64,000 nucleotides of DNA from assembly GCA_013239625.1 (NCBI GenBank), contig MU053352.1, positions 45,485-109,484 of the forward strand. The letters are read 5' to 3'. Within the stretch, counting starts at the first letter, position 1. Each line of letters opens with the position of its first letter. The notes under the pieces were generated by a model. That model was not told the DNA's origin. It worked only from the letters and a program-made list of their open reading frames with translations, and ran no database searches. The position numbers and the translations under genes are program-made. The DNA is from Lama guanicoe. Taxonomy: Eukaryota. This document shows positions 12,254 through 24,574 of the stretch, piece after piece.

Positions 12254-12261
12254 ATGCAAAT
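12254..12261 (-). promoter_or_regulatory. Ig promoter octamer ATTTGCAT
   Basis: Exact octamer ~97 nt upstream of the ATG. Confidence 0.88.
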
Positions 12262-13099
12262 GATCCCCTCCCTCTGGGGACCCTGAGCCTAAATCTGGTG
12301 AAAGCTGAGATGGAGTGGGGCTGAGGAGCCTCCTCTGGGCCCTTGGGTCTGGGATCCCAGTGGCTGGATTCCCGGCTGAGAGCCCCTCACAGACCCCGGG
12401 GGCAGGCCCACAGCGCCCCCTGCTGCCCACACCCAGCGTTCCCCATGACCCGGTTGCTCACTCCGGAGCTGAGCAGAAGGTGAGACCCTGCCCTCAGCCC
12501 CGCCTCACCCAACACCCATGCACACCCGGACTAATCTCGATCTGCCACCACCCCCTCCTCCCAGGATAAGACTGAAGACCCACTCCCTGTCTGGCTCATG
12601 TCATCCTCATTGCAGCAGCTGGACATGAGTGAGGAAACACCCCTGGGAGCATGTCACGCCCCGGCTGGCAGTCCCACTATGGCTGTGCACCCAGGTCACT
12701 GCAGTGCCTCTCCAGCTCTCCTGCCACTTTGCAAGGAACTCCCCCTAGAAGTCTTCCCTACCCCAACAGTCTGAAGCACAGGCTGTCAGCAACTTTTCTG
12801 AACTTGAATGACCAGTCTTTCCTTCTTTGAATTCTTGCTTCTTATTAAAACACACTGACCCTCACCCCTGCTTTCCCTCACTCCCACTCCTCAGTCTACC
12901 TCAGTCCTCTGGGATTCTGAAAACCCCCTAAGAGATACGGCTTACATTGACTAGGTCTCATTGGACCAACTCCCCACCCACCCCCAGCCTCACACCCATG
13001 CAGGCACCTTCCCCCTGGGGGGCTCGTGTCCCACTCCTTAGTTTTCCCCTCTTCAGGGGCTACTAACCACAAGCAGAGTTAGAGCTGTAAATACACAGC

Positions 13100-13940
13100 T
13101 GACATAATTTTGGTTTTGTATTAATTAGGAAGAGATGTAGAATTCCTTCAGATAAAAATCCATTGCTACAGAGAGTTCCCACACGCCCCCCAGGACCCCA
13201 AGAAGTTCTATCATTTTAACATCCTGCATGGGTTTTGGGCATTTGGTAAAACTGTATAAACCACTATTGATAAACTAATGCTGGGGCATTATTATTAACC
13301 AAAGCCCATAGTTTACATCAGCGTTCGCTCTTGTGGTTGCCCAGCTCTGTGGGTTTTACCAGATGCATAATGTCATCTACCTACCATCCTAGTAACGTAC
13401 AGAGTACTTTCACCCCCCTAAACATCCATTTTGCTCCACCTACTCAGCCCTCTTTTCCTATGCCTGAACTCCAGGCGACCACTGGTCATTGTACTGTCTC
13501 TAGAGTTTTGCCTTTTCACAATATCATATTGTGGGAATCATACAGTAATTGTAGTTTACTTTTTAAAGATTTGGCTTCTATCACTCAGTCATGTGCATTC
13601 ACTTTTTGTATCCCACTAGCTTTCTGTGGCCCAAGAGCTCATTGATTTTTCATCACTGAGTAATGTTCCACTGGGTGGTCGAACCACACTTTGTTTATCC
13701 ATTCACCTACGAAAGGCCATTTTGCTTGATTCCAGATTACAAGAATGATGAACAAAGCTGCTGTAAACATTTGTGTGCAGGTCCTTATGTGTACACACCT
13801 CTTCAATTCACATGGATAAGTACTTAATTCAGTTGCTGGGTCACACAGCAAGAGGATGCTTAGCATTCTAAGAATCTGCTAGCCTGCCTTCCACCGTGGC
13901 CGACACCATTTTCCATCTCTGCCAGAAATGAATGAGAGCT
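13100..13940 (-). mobile_element. Old LINE-1 3' fragment (L1MC/MD-like)
   Basis: The minus ORF contains QMFTAALFII (ORF2 C-terminus) followed by a typical L1M 3' UTR. Boundaries approximate. Confidence 0.7.
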
Positions 13941-14228
13941 ACTAAATGAATAGTTTAGCTCTATTACTGGTTTAGTTCATATATTTTACTGGGTCTCTCC
14001 ACCCTGGCAGGTTAAAACGCAGGCATCCTACACATTTTCTTAAATAAATGCCTAAGGTCTCATCTAGTTACTTATTTGGCTTCCATAATCCATCAGATCT
14101 ACCACATGTCTGCTATTTTTCTCAGACCTGGACAGTGGCTCTCAGATGGTGTGAAGTTTTTATTCAGGAAATTCTCACAGTATACGGCCACCTGCAGAGA
14201 TTAGCACAAATGACCCCCTCGAGAATAC

Positions 14229-14423
14229 AAGTTTACACTGCAGAGCACAGGGAACTATATTCAATATCTTGTTGTAACCTATGGCAAAAAAGAATATGAA
14301 AACAAATATGTATATGTTCCATGTGACTGAAGTATTGTGCTGTGCACCAGAAATTGACACAACACTGCAAACTGACTGTACTTCAGTAAAAATATATTAA
14401 AAACAAACAAACGAGCAAACAAA
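14229..14423 (+). mobile_element. 5'-truncated L1 3' tail
   Basis: AGCACAGGGAACTATATTCAATATCTTG...GACACAACACTG motif and A-rich tail, flanked by AGAATAC direct repeats (14222-14228, 14424-14430). Confidence 0.75.
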
Positions 14424-15500
14424 AGAATACTGGCCCAATTCAGTTCTCGTTATACTGGCAGCTTCCTGATGCTGTATAAAAGATGATTATGTAATTTGTA
14501 ATTATAATTTACTCATTGTAACTTGCAATATGCCACCTACCTTATAATTCTCAGCAAGTAAATTATTCCACCATCCAGAAGTGAAATTTCTGAAACAACA
14601 TTTTGAAGACCTAGTACATAATGATCCATTAAAATATGGCAAATATTATAATGGATCCTTGTTTGCCTTGGGTGTTCCTGGTTTCATCACTCAAACTCCC
14701 ACATTCCAGAACACACTTTAGTCCTGAGTAATGAGGGTGGGTGCTCCCTTTAAGTTAAACTTACAGTTGAACTTAATAAGTGGTTATTAAGTTTGAAAAG
14801 ATTTTCTGTATACAAGATGATAACCAATCATTATTCACACCAAATGTAATTTTTAAAATACAATGAAATTATGTTAGGACTTACATTCAAGAAGTTACCC
14901 TGTGTGGAGTCAGTAAGCTGCATCTGTCACTTACCCATCCCTCCTTCTGACTTCTGAGAGATCTGCACCGTCACCTCTGCATTCTGTTTACACCCACCCT
15001 CACACATTCTCAGGGGGAAACGTGCAAGACATAATATAAATAATAAAAGTGATTGTACAACCTATCTACTCACTGTTGACATTTTTACTCAGTGTTTTCA
15101 TGTAAGAAAATATTTTACCCCTTGTTCAAATTTTCTTTTGTGTTCCTTGCTGAATTTTTGTTTTCCTACAGATAGGGTCAATAGTTTATATTTCTGTTAA
15201 TTTTGGGACTAGAATAATATACACATTGAACTACTTTTGAATTTACATAATTTTAAAATTATACACTATTTTTATTAGTTGTGAACTTGAAAATGTTTGG
15301 ATTCATTCTAATTAAACTTCAGTATAATCTCTAGTCCTCTATGTAAATTGATTCTTTGTTTTAAAATATTTTCATATTCTTTGCTTCTATCAGTGATTTG
15401 ATGCAAATTCTAGGTGAAAATCTTTCACAGGAGTGAGGAAAGGAACAGGAAGAGAACATTCTGGAGCATCTGGTCCTAGACTGGGCTGAGTTAGTGGTGG

Positions 15501-15999
15501 TGTTGCAGAAAAATGTGTTACAGCTTAGTTGTGACAGCAACCTGGATCCAGGCGAAAAACCATCAGCACTTACAGAGTTGGAGAATTCAGCTCCAACAGG
15601 TTGCAGGCCCAGAGAAGTTAACACTCCAAGCTCTGGACTCCCTCTATAGGTTTACACCAGCTTTTATAGGCTGCCAGTTTACACTTTGCAACATCATATG
15701 TAAATGAGGTATAAGGAAAGTTGACTAATTAAGAACAAGCTTTGTAGAAATGGACCAATCAGGAGGGAGAGAACTAACCAATCAGGAGTGAGGGAAGTGG
15801 ACCAATCAGGAGTGAAGGAAATCATCAATCAGGAGTGAGCTCAGGGAACCAATAGAATTTTAGGTGTAAGTAAGCTGTTTCACAGGCAAAAAGTGAGATA
15901 GAGCCTCTGGGCCAGGGAACTGGATGGTGCTGGCAGAGGAGTAGTGGCCCAGCTTGGGGTCCTGCCTGTCTTTTTATGGGGCTTCCTGCCTTGGTGTCA
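15501..15999 (-). mobile_element. Solo ERV LTR (ERV1-like)
   Basis: TG...CA termini, near-4-bp TSD (GTGG/GTGA), TATAAAA on the minus strand at 15662-15668, and tandem 23-24 bp CCAAT-containing units at 15751-15853. Confidence 0.7.
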
Positions 16000-16350
16000 G
16001 TGATCATGATAGCTGGTCTGGGCCACACACAGTAATGACTTCATGTCTGTGACCTCATTTAATCCTCTCCCAACCCCATGAAGTAGACGATGCCCTGATC
16101 TCCCTTTCACAGGTGAGGACTCAGAGATTAAAGCCTTTCCGGAGCTTGGAAATAAACTGGGGGCAACAAGAGGGTAAGGGTCTGAGGGCCAAGGTCCCTT
16201 CTGACTTTGATGTGGCCACAGCCTCAGGGCCTCTGGCCTAGGACTGAGGAATGTCTGCGAGGTTCTGTCTGTGCGGTTCTGAGGGCCCACTCAATGCTGG
16301 GGAAGGTGGAACAACCTTCCACCTTTGTGAGCACAGCTGAGCAGTGGGGA

Positions 16351-16389
16351 GGTTTTTGTCTCGCTTTCCCCTGGGGCAGGAGCACTGTG
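16351..16389 (-). other. Canonical 23-RSS
   Basis: CACAGTG (16383-16389) + 23 nt + ACAAAAACC. Confidence 0.97.
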
Positions 16390-16885
16390 AAAGCCTTTGA
16401 GTTGCCGTGATATGTGGCACAGTAATAATCAGCCTCATCCTCGTGCTGGAGCCCAGAGATGAGCAGAAGCCCAGCATTAGCTGAGGCATCGCTGGATCCA
16501 GAGAATCTGCTGGGAACGCCGGAGCCCTGGTGCTTGTCTGAATCTGAGTGGAAAGTAAGAAGATACCTGGGAGGGTTCCCTGGCTTCTGCTGGTACCAAC
16601 GTATCCAGAAATCACCAACTTTGAAGCCACTGCTCAGGGTGCAGGTGAGTCTGGCTGATGCTCCCAGAGACGCAGAGAGGGAGGACAGCTGAGTCAGCAC
16701 AGGCTGGGAGAGGGACCCTGCAGACAAAGAAATGAGGGGACACTGGAGAAGAGACCAGAACTGAGCTGCTGGAGACTGTGAGCCAAGCCAGCTCCCACAG
16801 ACGGCGGGGCTGCTCTGAGTCTCTGAGGAATGTCCCCACCTGTGCATTGAGACAGGAGCACGAGGAGGAGAGGCGTCCAGGCCAT
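16390..16885 (-). CDS. IGLV5: Apparently functional IGLV5 gene, IGLV5-52-like (leader 16840-16885, V exon 16390-16717)
   Basis: MAWTPLLLVLLSQCTG spliced to [115 protein letters not shown] and KPGNPPRY match my recollection of human IGLV5-52. Confidence 0.94.
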
Positions 16886-16981
16886 GGTGAAGGCAGCCCT
16901 CCTGAGACTCCTGGGCTGGAGCTAGGCTGCCCCCAGGCACCTCTTCTCTCTTTCAGTGGCCTCAGTGAGGCGGGGCTATTC

Positions 16982-16989
16982 ATGTAAAT
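16982..16989 (-). promoter_or_regulatory. Variant octamer ATTTACAT
   Basis: One mismatch to ATTTGCAT, at the expected ~97 nt upstream of the ATG. Confidence 0.75.
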
Positions 16990-18929
16990 TAGCCTCCCAT
17001 ACTGGAGATCTCTGTTCCATCCTGAAGACCAGCATAGGACTGCATGTGCTTCTTTACAAGGAGGGGGTTGATGGCTGAGACTCAGAGTTTGCCCCCATGG
17101 GAGTGACTCGGGAGGAAGCAGCTGCTGGGACCTTACACACACCTGTGAGCAGAGACCCTGCCCAGCCTACAGAGGACACACTGCTAAGTCTCCATCAGCC
17201 AACACAGGGCCCTGCCCTGGAGAGTCTGAGGGATTACATAGCAGGGGACACCCACAGTGCAGACCTGGAGAAAGCCCACAGCGCCCCCTACTGCCCCGTG
17301 ATCTCAAATTTCAGTTTCTCAGTGTAAACTATGCTAATGGTGTTGGCCTGAAAGCATGGTCACTGTCATTCCAGTGTTCCAGAAATATCTGTGGACCACA
17401 CCCTGTAGTGTCTGATGGTAATTGATATTAATAAGCATCCTTTTCAACTGAGTTCTCTCCAGATTTTAAGGCGAATGAGATGTGGGAAATATGATTACCA
17501 TACAGTGTGACCAAGGCTGCAGTGAGGTGAGAAAGCAGAGGGCTTTGGGAACAAAGACTTGAGCAGCTCGTTCACCAGGGCAGCACCTGTCATCTGGGTC
17601 CGAATGGAATGGTGCCTGGTGGTCCTGCTGGTGGACAGACAAAGCAAGCGACACTTCTAGAAAAGGTGCAGGGTTCTAAGAAGGTGTAGCAGAGTGTTTG
17701 AATATTCAGAGACATCAAATAGCGCACGGTACTGGGAAGTGGCAAAACCCCCCATATTTCTGGGTCTCACATTTCTTGGATGCTTTTAATGTCAGGCCAC
17801 ACAACGCTTGTTGGTGGCTCATCTCCTGCCACAGATGTTGTCCTCAACGTTCCAACACCACAGGTGGATGAGTCAGCACTGTCTGGGCAAAAGATCCTAA
17901 AAGATCAGCATAATGGCTGCCTCTCATTGTGCTTGGAAAAATGCTTCCATCCATTTCAGAAATAGTTATGAAGAGATGAGGACAAACCAGACCTAAGGGA
18001 TATGAAAGGTGAAAACAGAGACCGCTGTGGCTGAGGCAGGAGGCAGAGAGAACAGAGAGGTCGAGATGTCCCCAGGTCAACACCAGCCTTTGTCATCTGA
18101 TGATAAAAGTATTCGTCTTCAGTTGACTTTATCAGACCCCTGGATATTCACAAGCTGGAAACTCACTGTTGTCTTTGTGGGATTGCCAGCACCCCAGGCT
18201 CTCTCTTCCTTCCTCTTCCTTGGCTTTCCCAGCTTGAAGAGGGTCTTCACTGCCATGTTCACTGATGAGCTCTAAAATGTTACATTTCTCCTCTATTATG
18301 GTCGTTTTCTATCAAAGTCCCCTACCTGATTAGGGAGACCAAAAATGAGAGTCTCTTCTAAAATGTAGTTTGGGAAGTTTACTTCACTCCCTGCTCTACT
18401 GAATCAGGGCCTGCTATATGTTTATTTTTTCCCATCTTTTCCATTGGGTGACCCCTCTTGTTAAAGCAATATCTCTGTTTTCTAGTTAAGGGGCAGAAAG
18501 GTACACAGGGGTTTCTTATTCTTCAAAGGAATACACAAAGTGTCTGTCCACATGAGTCTTCACATCTGATAAAGATGGAGGGAGTGAAAAAGACAATAAA
18601 GAGGGTCAGGTGCCTTGTTATAAGGAATTCAATGTTGAAACCTCAATGTGTGGAAGAAGCCGACGTCCTTTGATTAATTTATACTCAAAGATTTACACAA
18701 GGAACCTGGACAAGGCATAAAAGATATGAGTAATTCCTGTGGGATGTTTATAAGGAAGCCATGGATTACAAGGAAAAGCCATTAGGGGATCCATGGAAAT
18801 CATGCAGATCGAGGGAGCCCATGGTGGTCTCATCACATTTCACTGAGCGCAGGCATCAAGGCCTAACCCCACCAATGCCTACACCCTCTACACGTCGCCA
18901 CGTCCTTCCCTTGGTGTATTCATTATCTA

Positions 18930-19410
18930 TTTCCTCACATCGTGTTTCTCCAAGATTAGAAGCATAGAACAATATATATGATGCCACAGGTCCTGTGAGT
19001 CAAGGAATGGGCACAACCTAGAAGGACGTTTCTGGCTCAGTTTTGTTTGTGAGGTTGCAGTCAAGGTTTTGACCAGGAAATAGTCATATGAGGTCCTGAC
19101 TGGGGCTGGTGGATCAGCTTCCAATGTGGCTGAGTTACAAGGCTGGTGGTAGGAGGCCTCAGGCCCTTGACACGTGAACCTCTCCACAGGGCTCCTTGAG
19201 AGTCTTCACAACACAGCGACCACCTTCCCCCACAGTGAGCGATCTAAGAAAGCACGATGGAAGTCCTCTGTGCTGCAGCGTCGGAAGTCACATGCGGCCA
19301 TTTCCTTCATATCCTTAGTTTCACAAGTCAACTCTCTCCAGTGTGTACAAGGGCATGAACACCAGGGGTTGGGGATCATTTAGAGCGTCTTGGAGATGTG
19401 CTACCACCCC
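18930..19410. mobile_element. MaLR (MLT1-like) LTR remnant
   Basis: Characteristic CTGACTGGGGCTGG...CCTCTCCACAGGGCT...AAGGGCATGAACACCAGG...GCTACCAC segments. Confidence 0.6.
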
Positions 19411-19747
19411 TAATCTGTCCCCATGAGACACAGAAACCTCACGCTGATGCAGAGTGAGCAAACCCTGAAGGCCAGCAGGGGCGTTAGAAATCCCACCTGC
19501 CCACCATGGAATAGTTGCCTCGTGGCGAGAGGAGCATTTTTCAGTCTGCACATCCAGATCTCTCTTTCACTCCTTTTATGATCCTCACTCTCTGGTTAAA
19601 ATTTATGCACATGAGAATTACACCCTTGAGTTGTATCCCAAAGAACTGTGCCTCACAGCACAGAAGAGATTTCTTAAGAGTGCTTTTTACTAAGTGGGCT
19701 GCCTTCATCCCTGAGTGGCAAGTGAATTGTCAAGTCAGCATTTCCAA

Positions 19748-19935
19748 TTGTCCAGTAGAATTTCCTGCCGTGGTGAAAACGTCCTCCGCCTATGCTCTCA
19801 GATATGGTAGCCACGAGACACATGAAGCCATTAAGCCGTTGAAGTGCAGCAAGTGTGGCTAAGAAATAGAATTTTAAGTTTTACTTAATTTAATCAACTT
19901 ACATTGAAATATAAATATCCACATTCTGCTAGTGG
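19748..19935. mobile_element. MER3-like hAT DNA transposon remnant
   Basis: TGTCCAGTAGAA...ATATGGTAGCCAC...GAATTTTAAGTTTTACTTAATT pattern. Confidence 0.6.
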
Positions 19936-20024
19936 AGACCCAAGAACCCAAATTTGAAGAGAACCAAATAGAGGCAGGGCCAAAATTCAAACCCAAACAC
20001 TCCCGTAAAAAAAGGGACATTTTT

Positions 20025-21134
20025 TTAACATTTTTTATTGATTTATAATCATTTTACAATGTTGTGTCAAATTCCAGTGTTCAGCACAATTTTTCAGTCA
20101 TTCATGGACATATACACACTCATTGTCACATTTTTTCTCTGTGAGTTATCATAACATTTTGTGTATATTTCCCTGTGCTATACAGTGTAATCTTGTTTAT
20201 CTATTCTACAATTTTGAAATCCCAGTCTATCCCTTCCCACCCTCTACCCCCCTGGTAACCACAAGTCTGTATTCTCTGTCCATGAGTCTATTTCTGTCCT
20301 GTATTTATGCTTTGTTTTTGTTTGTTTTTTTGTTTTTGTTTTTGTTTTTTAGATTCCACATATGAGCGATCTCATATGATATTTTTCTTTCTCTTTCTTG
20401 CTTACTTCACTTAGAATGACATTCTCCAGGAGCATCCATGTTGCTGCAAATGGCATTATGTTGTCGGTTTTTATGGCTGAGTAGTATTCCATTGTATAAA
20501 TATACCACATCTTCTTTATCCAGTCACCTGTTGATGGACATTTAGGCTGTTTCCATGTTTTGGCTATTGTAAATAGTGCTGCTATGAACATTGGGGTGCA
20601 GGTGTCATCCTGAAGTAGATTTCCTTCTGGGTACAAGCCCAGGAGTGGGATTCCTGGGTCATATGGTAAGTCTATTCCTAGTCTTTTGAGGAATCTCCAC
20701 ACTGTTTTCCATAGTGGCTGCACCAAACTGCATTCCCACCAGCAGTGTAGGAGGGTTCCCCTTTCTCCACAGCCTCTCCAGCATTTGTCATTTGTGGATT
20801 TTTGAATGACGGCCATTCTGACTGGTGTGAGGTGATACCTCATTGTAGTTTTGATTTGCATTTCTCTGATAATTAGTGATATTGAGCATTTTTTCATGTG
20901 CTTTTTGATCATTTGTATGTCTTCCTTGGAGAATTGCTTGTTTAGGTCTTCTGCCCATTTTTGGATTGGGTTGTTTATTTTTTTCTTATTGAGTCGTATG
21001 AGCTGCTTATATATTTTGGAGATCAAGCCTTTGTCGGTTTCACTTGCAAAAATTTTCTCCCATTCCGTAGGTCTTCTTCTTGTTTTATTTCTGGTTTCCT
21101 TTGCTCTGCAGAAGCTTGTAAGTTTCATTAGGTC
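20025..21134 (-). mobile_element. Young 5'-truncated LINE-1 (ORF2 C-terminus and 3' UTR)
   Basis: Open ORF2 end (...HCWWEC...EYYSAIK...SLICGI). TSD AAGGGACATTTTT at 20012-20024 and 21138-21150, with a TTTT/A endonuclease site. Confidence 0.95.
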
Positions 21135-21601
21135 AACAAGGGACATTTTTATACACTCGTCTTTGCCTGTGTTCTTGTCTGTTTCCTCATACCCACCCTA
21201 AACTGTAAACCATAAGAGTACGGGACCTTTCCACATCTTTATCTTTGTATCCCATGCTTGAAAAATAATCCCTGTGGGAATTAATGAAGAGCAAGCTATT
21301 ATATTTTCATGTGTTTTTTATAAAGTTTTAAAATATTATTCACACATCTAATCTAGCCAAAAATCATACTCCACGCTCTGATTGGGAGGAGATTCCACAC
21401 GACTGGGTCACAGGTTCTCTGACCTTATTGTCTTACAACATTATTCATCCATCAAAACAATCATTTGAACTGTGTGTTGATGTTTGTCTAAGATGGCAAA
21501 GCAGTAGCACAAGGAGGTGACACATCTTACACCCAGTGATGGCAGAAACAGGGTTCAAAGCCAAAGGCTTCCGAATGGCTGAGAACATGCTCTTTACCAT
21601 G

Positions 21602-21795
21602 CAGTTTTCAAACTGGGGTGATTTTTGCTCTCCCAGGGGATATTTGAATATGGCTGGAGTTTTGTGTGTGTGTCACAATATGGAGAGTAGGTTGTTACTG
21701 GCTTCTGATGTGTGGGGCTCAAGGATGCTTCTAAATGTCCTGCAGTGCACAGAAGAGCCCCCTCCACAAGGAATACAGAAGTTCAGAAACCCTGA
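21602..21795. mobile_element. MER20-like DNA transposon (second copy at ~23657-23855)
   Basis: AAACTGGGGTGATTTT...CCCAGGGGATATTTG...GAAACCCTG pattern. Confidence 0.65.
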
Positions 21796-22041
21796 TTTGA
21801 ACTAAATCTCCTCCATGAACTGATTGCAGTGGATTGATTATGAGATCATCCATCAAGACATGAGAGGAAAATATTATATTTTGAAAGGAAAAGAGACGAA
21901 CTCACGGAAGTCCAACTTGAGCCTCCAAGCGTGACACAGGGAGAATCAGCCCTCCTGGCTGGAATGGGTCGAGGGCAGACCCAGGACAGGGAGGCTCTGG
22001 GCAGTTTTGGTCTCACCTCCTCATGGGTCTGGAGCACTGTG

Positions 22042-22346
22042 TTCTTACTGCTGTCATAACCAGACTGACAACAGTAGTCGGCCTCGTCCTCGGGCTTCAG
22101 CCCAGAGATGGTCAGGGAGGCGGCACTGGAGGAGGTGTCAGTGGAGTCAGGGAACCGAGCGGGAACCTCAGAGGGTCTTTCATCATCTTTGTAGATTACA
22201 GTGGTGGGGGCACTACCCGGGCACTGCTGGTAGCAGTGCACAATCCCCAGTGTTGTCGCTGCTGTGGGCACAGGAGATGGTGACCTTCTGCCCAGGAGAC
22301 CCCGACACAGAGCTGGGCTGAGTCAGCACAACCTCTGCCCAAGACC
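22042..22346 (-). pseudogene. IGLV6: IGLV6-subgroup pseudogene V exon, copy A (sequence breaks off at the gap before the leader)
   Basis: [22 protein letters not shown], then a CDR1 frameshift. The other frame reads [17 protein letters not shown]...[19 protein letters not shown] (Trp41>Cys). RSS CACAGTG 22035-22041 + 23 nt + ACCAAAACT. Confidence 0.85.
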
Positions 22347-22440
22347 CTGCAATGAGGAAGGACACAGAGATCAGCGAAGACAGGACAGATCCCGTTCCAA
22401 GGGAGGAGGGAGAGACCATCCTGCCAGATGACAGACAGGA

Positions 22441-22994
22441 NNNNNNNNNNNNNNNNNNNNNNNNNNNNNNNNNNNNNNNNNNNNNNNNNNNNNNNNNNNN
22501 NNNNNNNNNNNNNNNNNNNNNNNNNNNNNNNNNNNNNNNNNNNNNNNNNNNNNNNNNNNNNNNNNNNNNNNNNNNNNNNNNNNNNNNNNNNNNNNNNNNN
22601 NNNNNNNNNNNNNNNNNNNNNNNNNNNNNNNNNNNNNNNNNNNNNNNNNNNNNNNNNNNNNNNNNNNNNNNNNNNNNNNNNNNNNNNNNNNNNNNNNNNN
22701 NNNNNNNNNNNNNNNNNNNNNNNNNNNNNNNNNNNNNNNNNNNNNNNNNNNNNNNNNNNNNNNNNNNNNNNNNNNNNNNNNNNNNNNNNNNNNNNNNNNN
22801 NNNNNNNNNNNNNNNNNNNNNNNNNNNNNNNNNNNNNNNNNNNNNNNNNNNNNNNNNNNNNNNNNNNNNNNNNNNNNNNNNNNNNNNNNNNNNNNNNNNN
22901 NNNNNNNNNNNNNNNNNNNNNNNNNNNNNNNNNNNNNNNNNNNNNNNNNNNNNNNNNNNNNNNNNNNNNNNNNNNNNNNNNNNNNNNNNNNNNN
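22441..22994. other. Assembly gap (554 N)
   Basis: Run of N. Confidence 1.
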
Positions 22995-24498
22995 TTTAGG
23001 TCTTCTGCCCATTTTTGGATTGGGTTGTTTATTTTTTTCTTATTGAGTCGTATGAGCTGCTTATATATTTTGGAGATCAAGCCTTTGTCGGTTTCACTTG
23101 CAAAAATTTTCTCCCATTCCGTAGGTCTTCTTCTTGTTTTATTTCTGGTTTCCTTTGCTCTGCAGAAGCTTGTAAGTTTCATTAGGTCAACAAGGGACAT
23201 TTTTATACACTCGTCTTTGCCTGTGTTCTTGTCTGTTTCCTCATACCCACCCTAAACTGTAAACCATAAGAGTACAGGACCTTTCCACATCTTTATCTTT
23301 GTATCCCATGCTTGAAAAATAATCCCTGTGGGAATTAATGAAGAGCAAGCTATTATATTTTCATGTGTTTTTTATAAAGTTTTAAAATATTATTCACACA
23401 TCTAATCTAGCCAAAAATCATACTCCACGCTCTGATTGGGAGGAGATTCCACACGACTGGGTCACAGGTTCTCTGACCTTATCGTCTTACAAAATTATTC
23501 ATCCATCAAAACAATTATTTGAATTGTGTGCTGATGTTTGTCTAAGATGGCAAAGCAGTAGCACAAGGAGGTGACACATCTTACACCCAGTGATGGCAGA
23601 AACAGGGTTCAAAGCCAAAGGCTTCCGAATGGCTGAGAACATGCTCTTTACCATGCAGTTTTCAAACTGGGGTGATTTTTGCTCTCCCAGGGGATATTTG
23701 AATATGGCTGGAGTTTTGTGTGTGTGTGTGTGTGTCACAATATGGAGAGTAGGTTGTTACTGGCTTCTGATGTGTGGGGCTCAAGGATGCTTCTAAATGT
23801 CCTGCAGTGCACAGAAGAGCCCCCTCCACAAGGAATACAGAAGTTCAGAAACCCTGATTTGAACTAAATCTCCTCCATGAACTGATTGCAGTGGATTATG
23901 AGATCATCCATCAAGACATGAGAGGAAAATATTATATTTTGAAAGGAAAAGAGACGAACTCACGGAAGTCCAACTTGAGCCTCCAAGCGTGACACAGGGA
24001 GAATCAGCCCTCCTGGCTGGAATGGGTCGAGGGCAGACCCAGGACAGGGAGGCTCTGGGCAGTTTTGGTCTCACCTCCTCATGGGTCTGGAGCACTGTGT
24101 TCTTACTGCTGTCATAACCAGACTGACAACAGTAGTCGGCCTCGTCCTCGGGCTTCAGCCCAGAGATGGTCAGGGAGGCGGCACTGGAGGAGGTGTCAGT
24201 GGAGTCAGGGAACCGAGCGGGAACCTCAGAGGGTCTTTCATCATCTTCGTAGATTACAGTGGTGGGGGCACTGCCTGGGCGCTGCTGGTAGCAGTGCACA
24301 ATCCCCAGTGTTGTCGCTGCTGCGGGCACAGGAGATGGTGACCTTCTGCCCAGGAGACCCCGACACAGAGCTGGGCTGAGTCAGCACAACCTCTGCCCAA
24401 GACCCTGCAATGAGGAAGGACACAGAGATCAGCGAAGACAGGACAGATCCCGTTCCAAGGGAGGAGGGAGAGACCATCCTGCCAGATGACAGACAGGA
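22995..24498 (+). repeat. Near-identical direct copy of 20941-22440
   Basis: Same L1 end, MER20 and IGLV6 V exon, differing only by scattered SNPs, a (TG)n length change and a 4-bp indel. Confidence 0.95.
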
Positions 24499-24574
24499 AC
24501 CCTCCCAGAATGCCCTGTAGGCACCCACCTGTGCAGTGAGCGAGGAGGGTGAGGAGGAGTGGAGCCCAGGCCAT
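24100..24574 (-). pseudogene. IGLV6: IGLV6-subgroup pseudogene, complete copy B (leader 24529-24574, V exon 24100-24404)
   Basis: Leader [16 protein letters not shown]. Same CDR1 frameshift and Trp41>Cys as copy [14 protein letters not shown] is IGLV6-57-like. RSS 24061-24099, TATAAGAA at ~24635-24642, octamer 24675-24682. Confidence 0.92.

Noticed and set aside
15751..15853. CRISPR-like repeat-spacer array
   Set aside because: Mammalian DNA; these are degenerate tandem units inside an LTR with no unique spacers or cas genes.
16224..16940. 238-aa single-exon ORF
   Set aside because: Chance read-through of the leader intron from a GTG; the real product uses the spliced leader.
17253..17283. 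Plus-strand heptamers CACAGTG/CACAGCG (also at 7332, 12409, 24860, 31207) as inverted RSSs
   Set aside because: No nonamer-like sequence at 12 or 23 nt spacing where checked; most overlap the CTCF-like motifs.
20349..21146. 265-aa ORF as a host gene
   Set aside because: It is the ORF2 C-terminus of a 5'-truncated L1 with TSDs.
22196..23255. Long ORFs (213-334 aa) apparently fusing L1 ORF2 to IGLV sequence
   Set aside because: They are open only because they cross the N gap.
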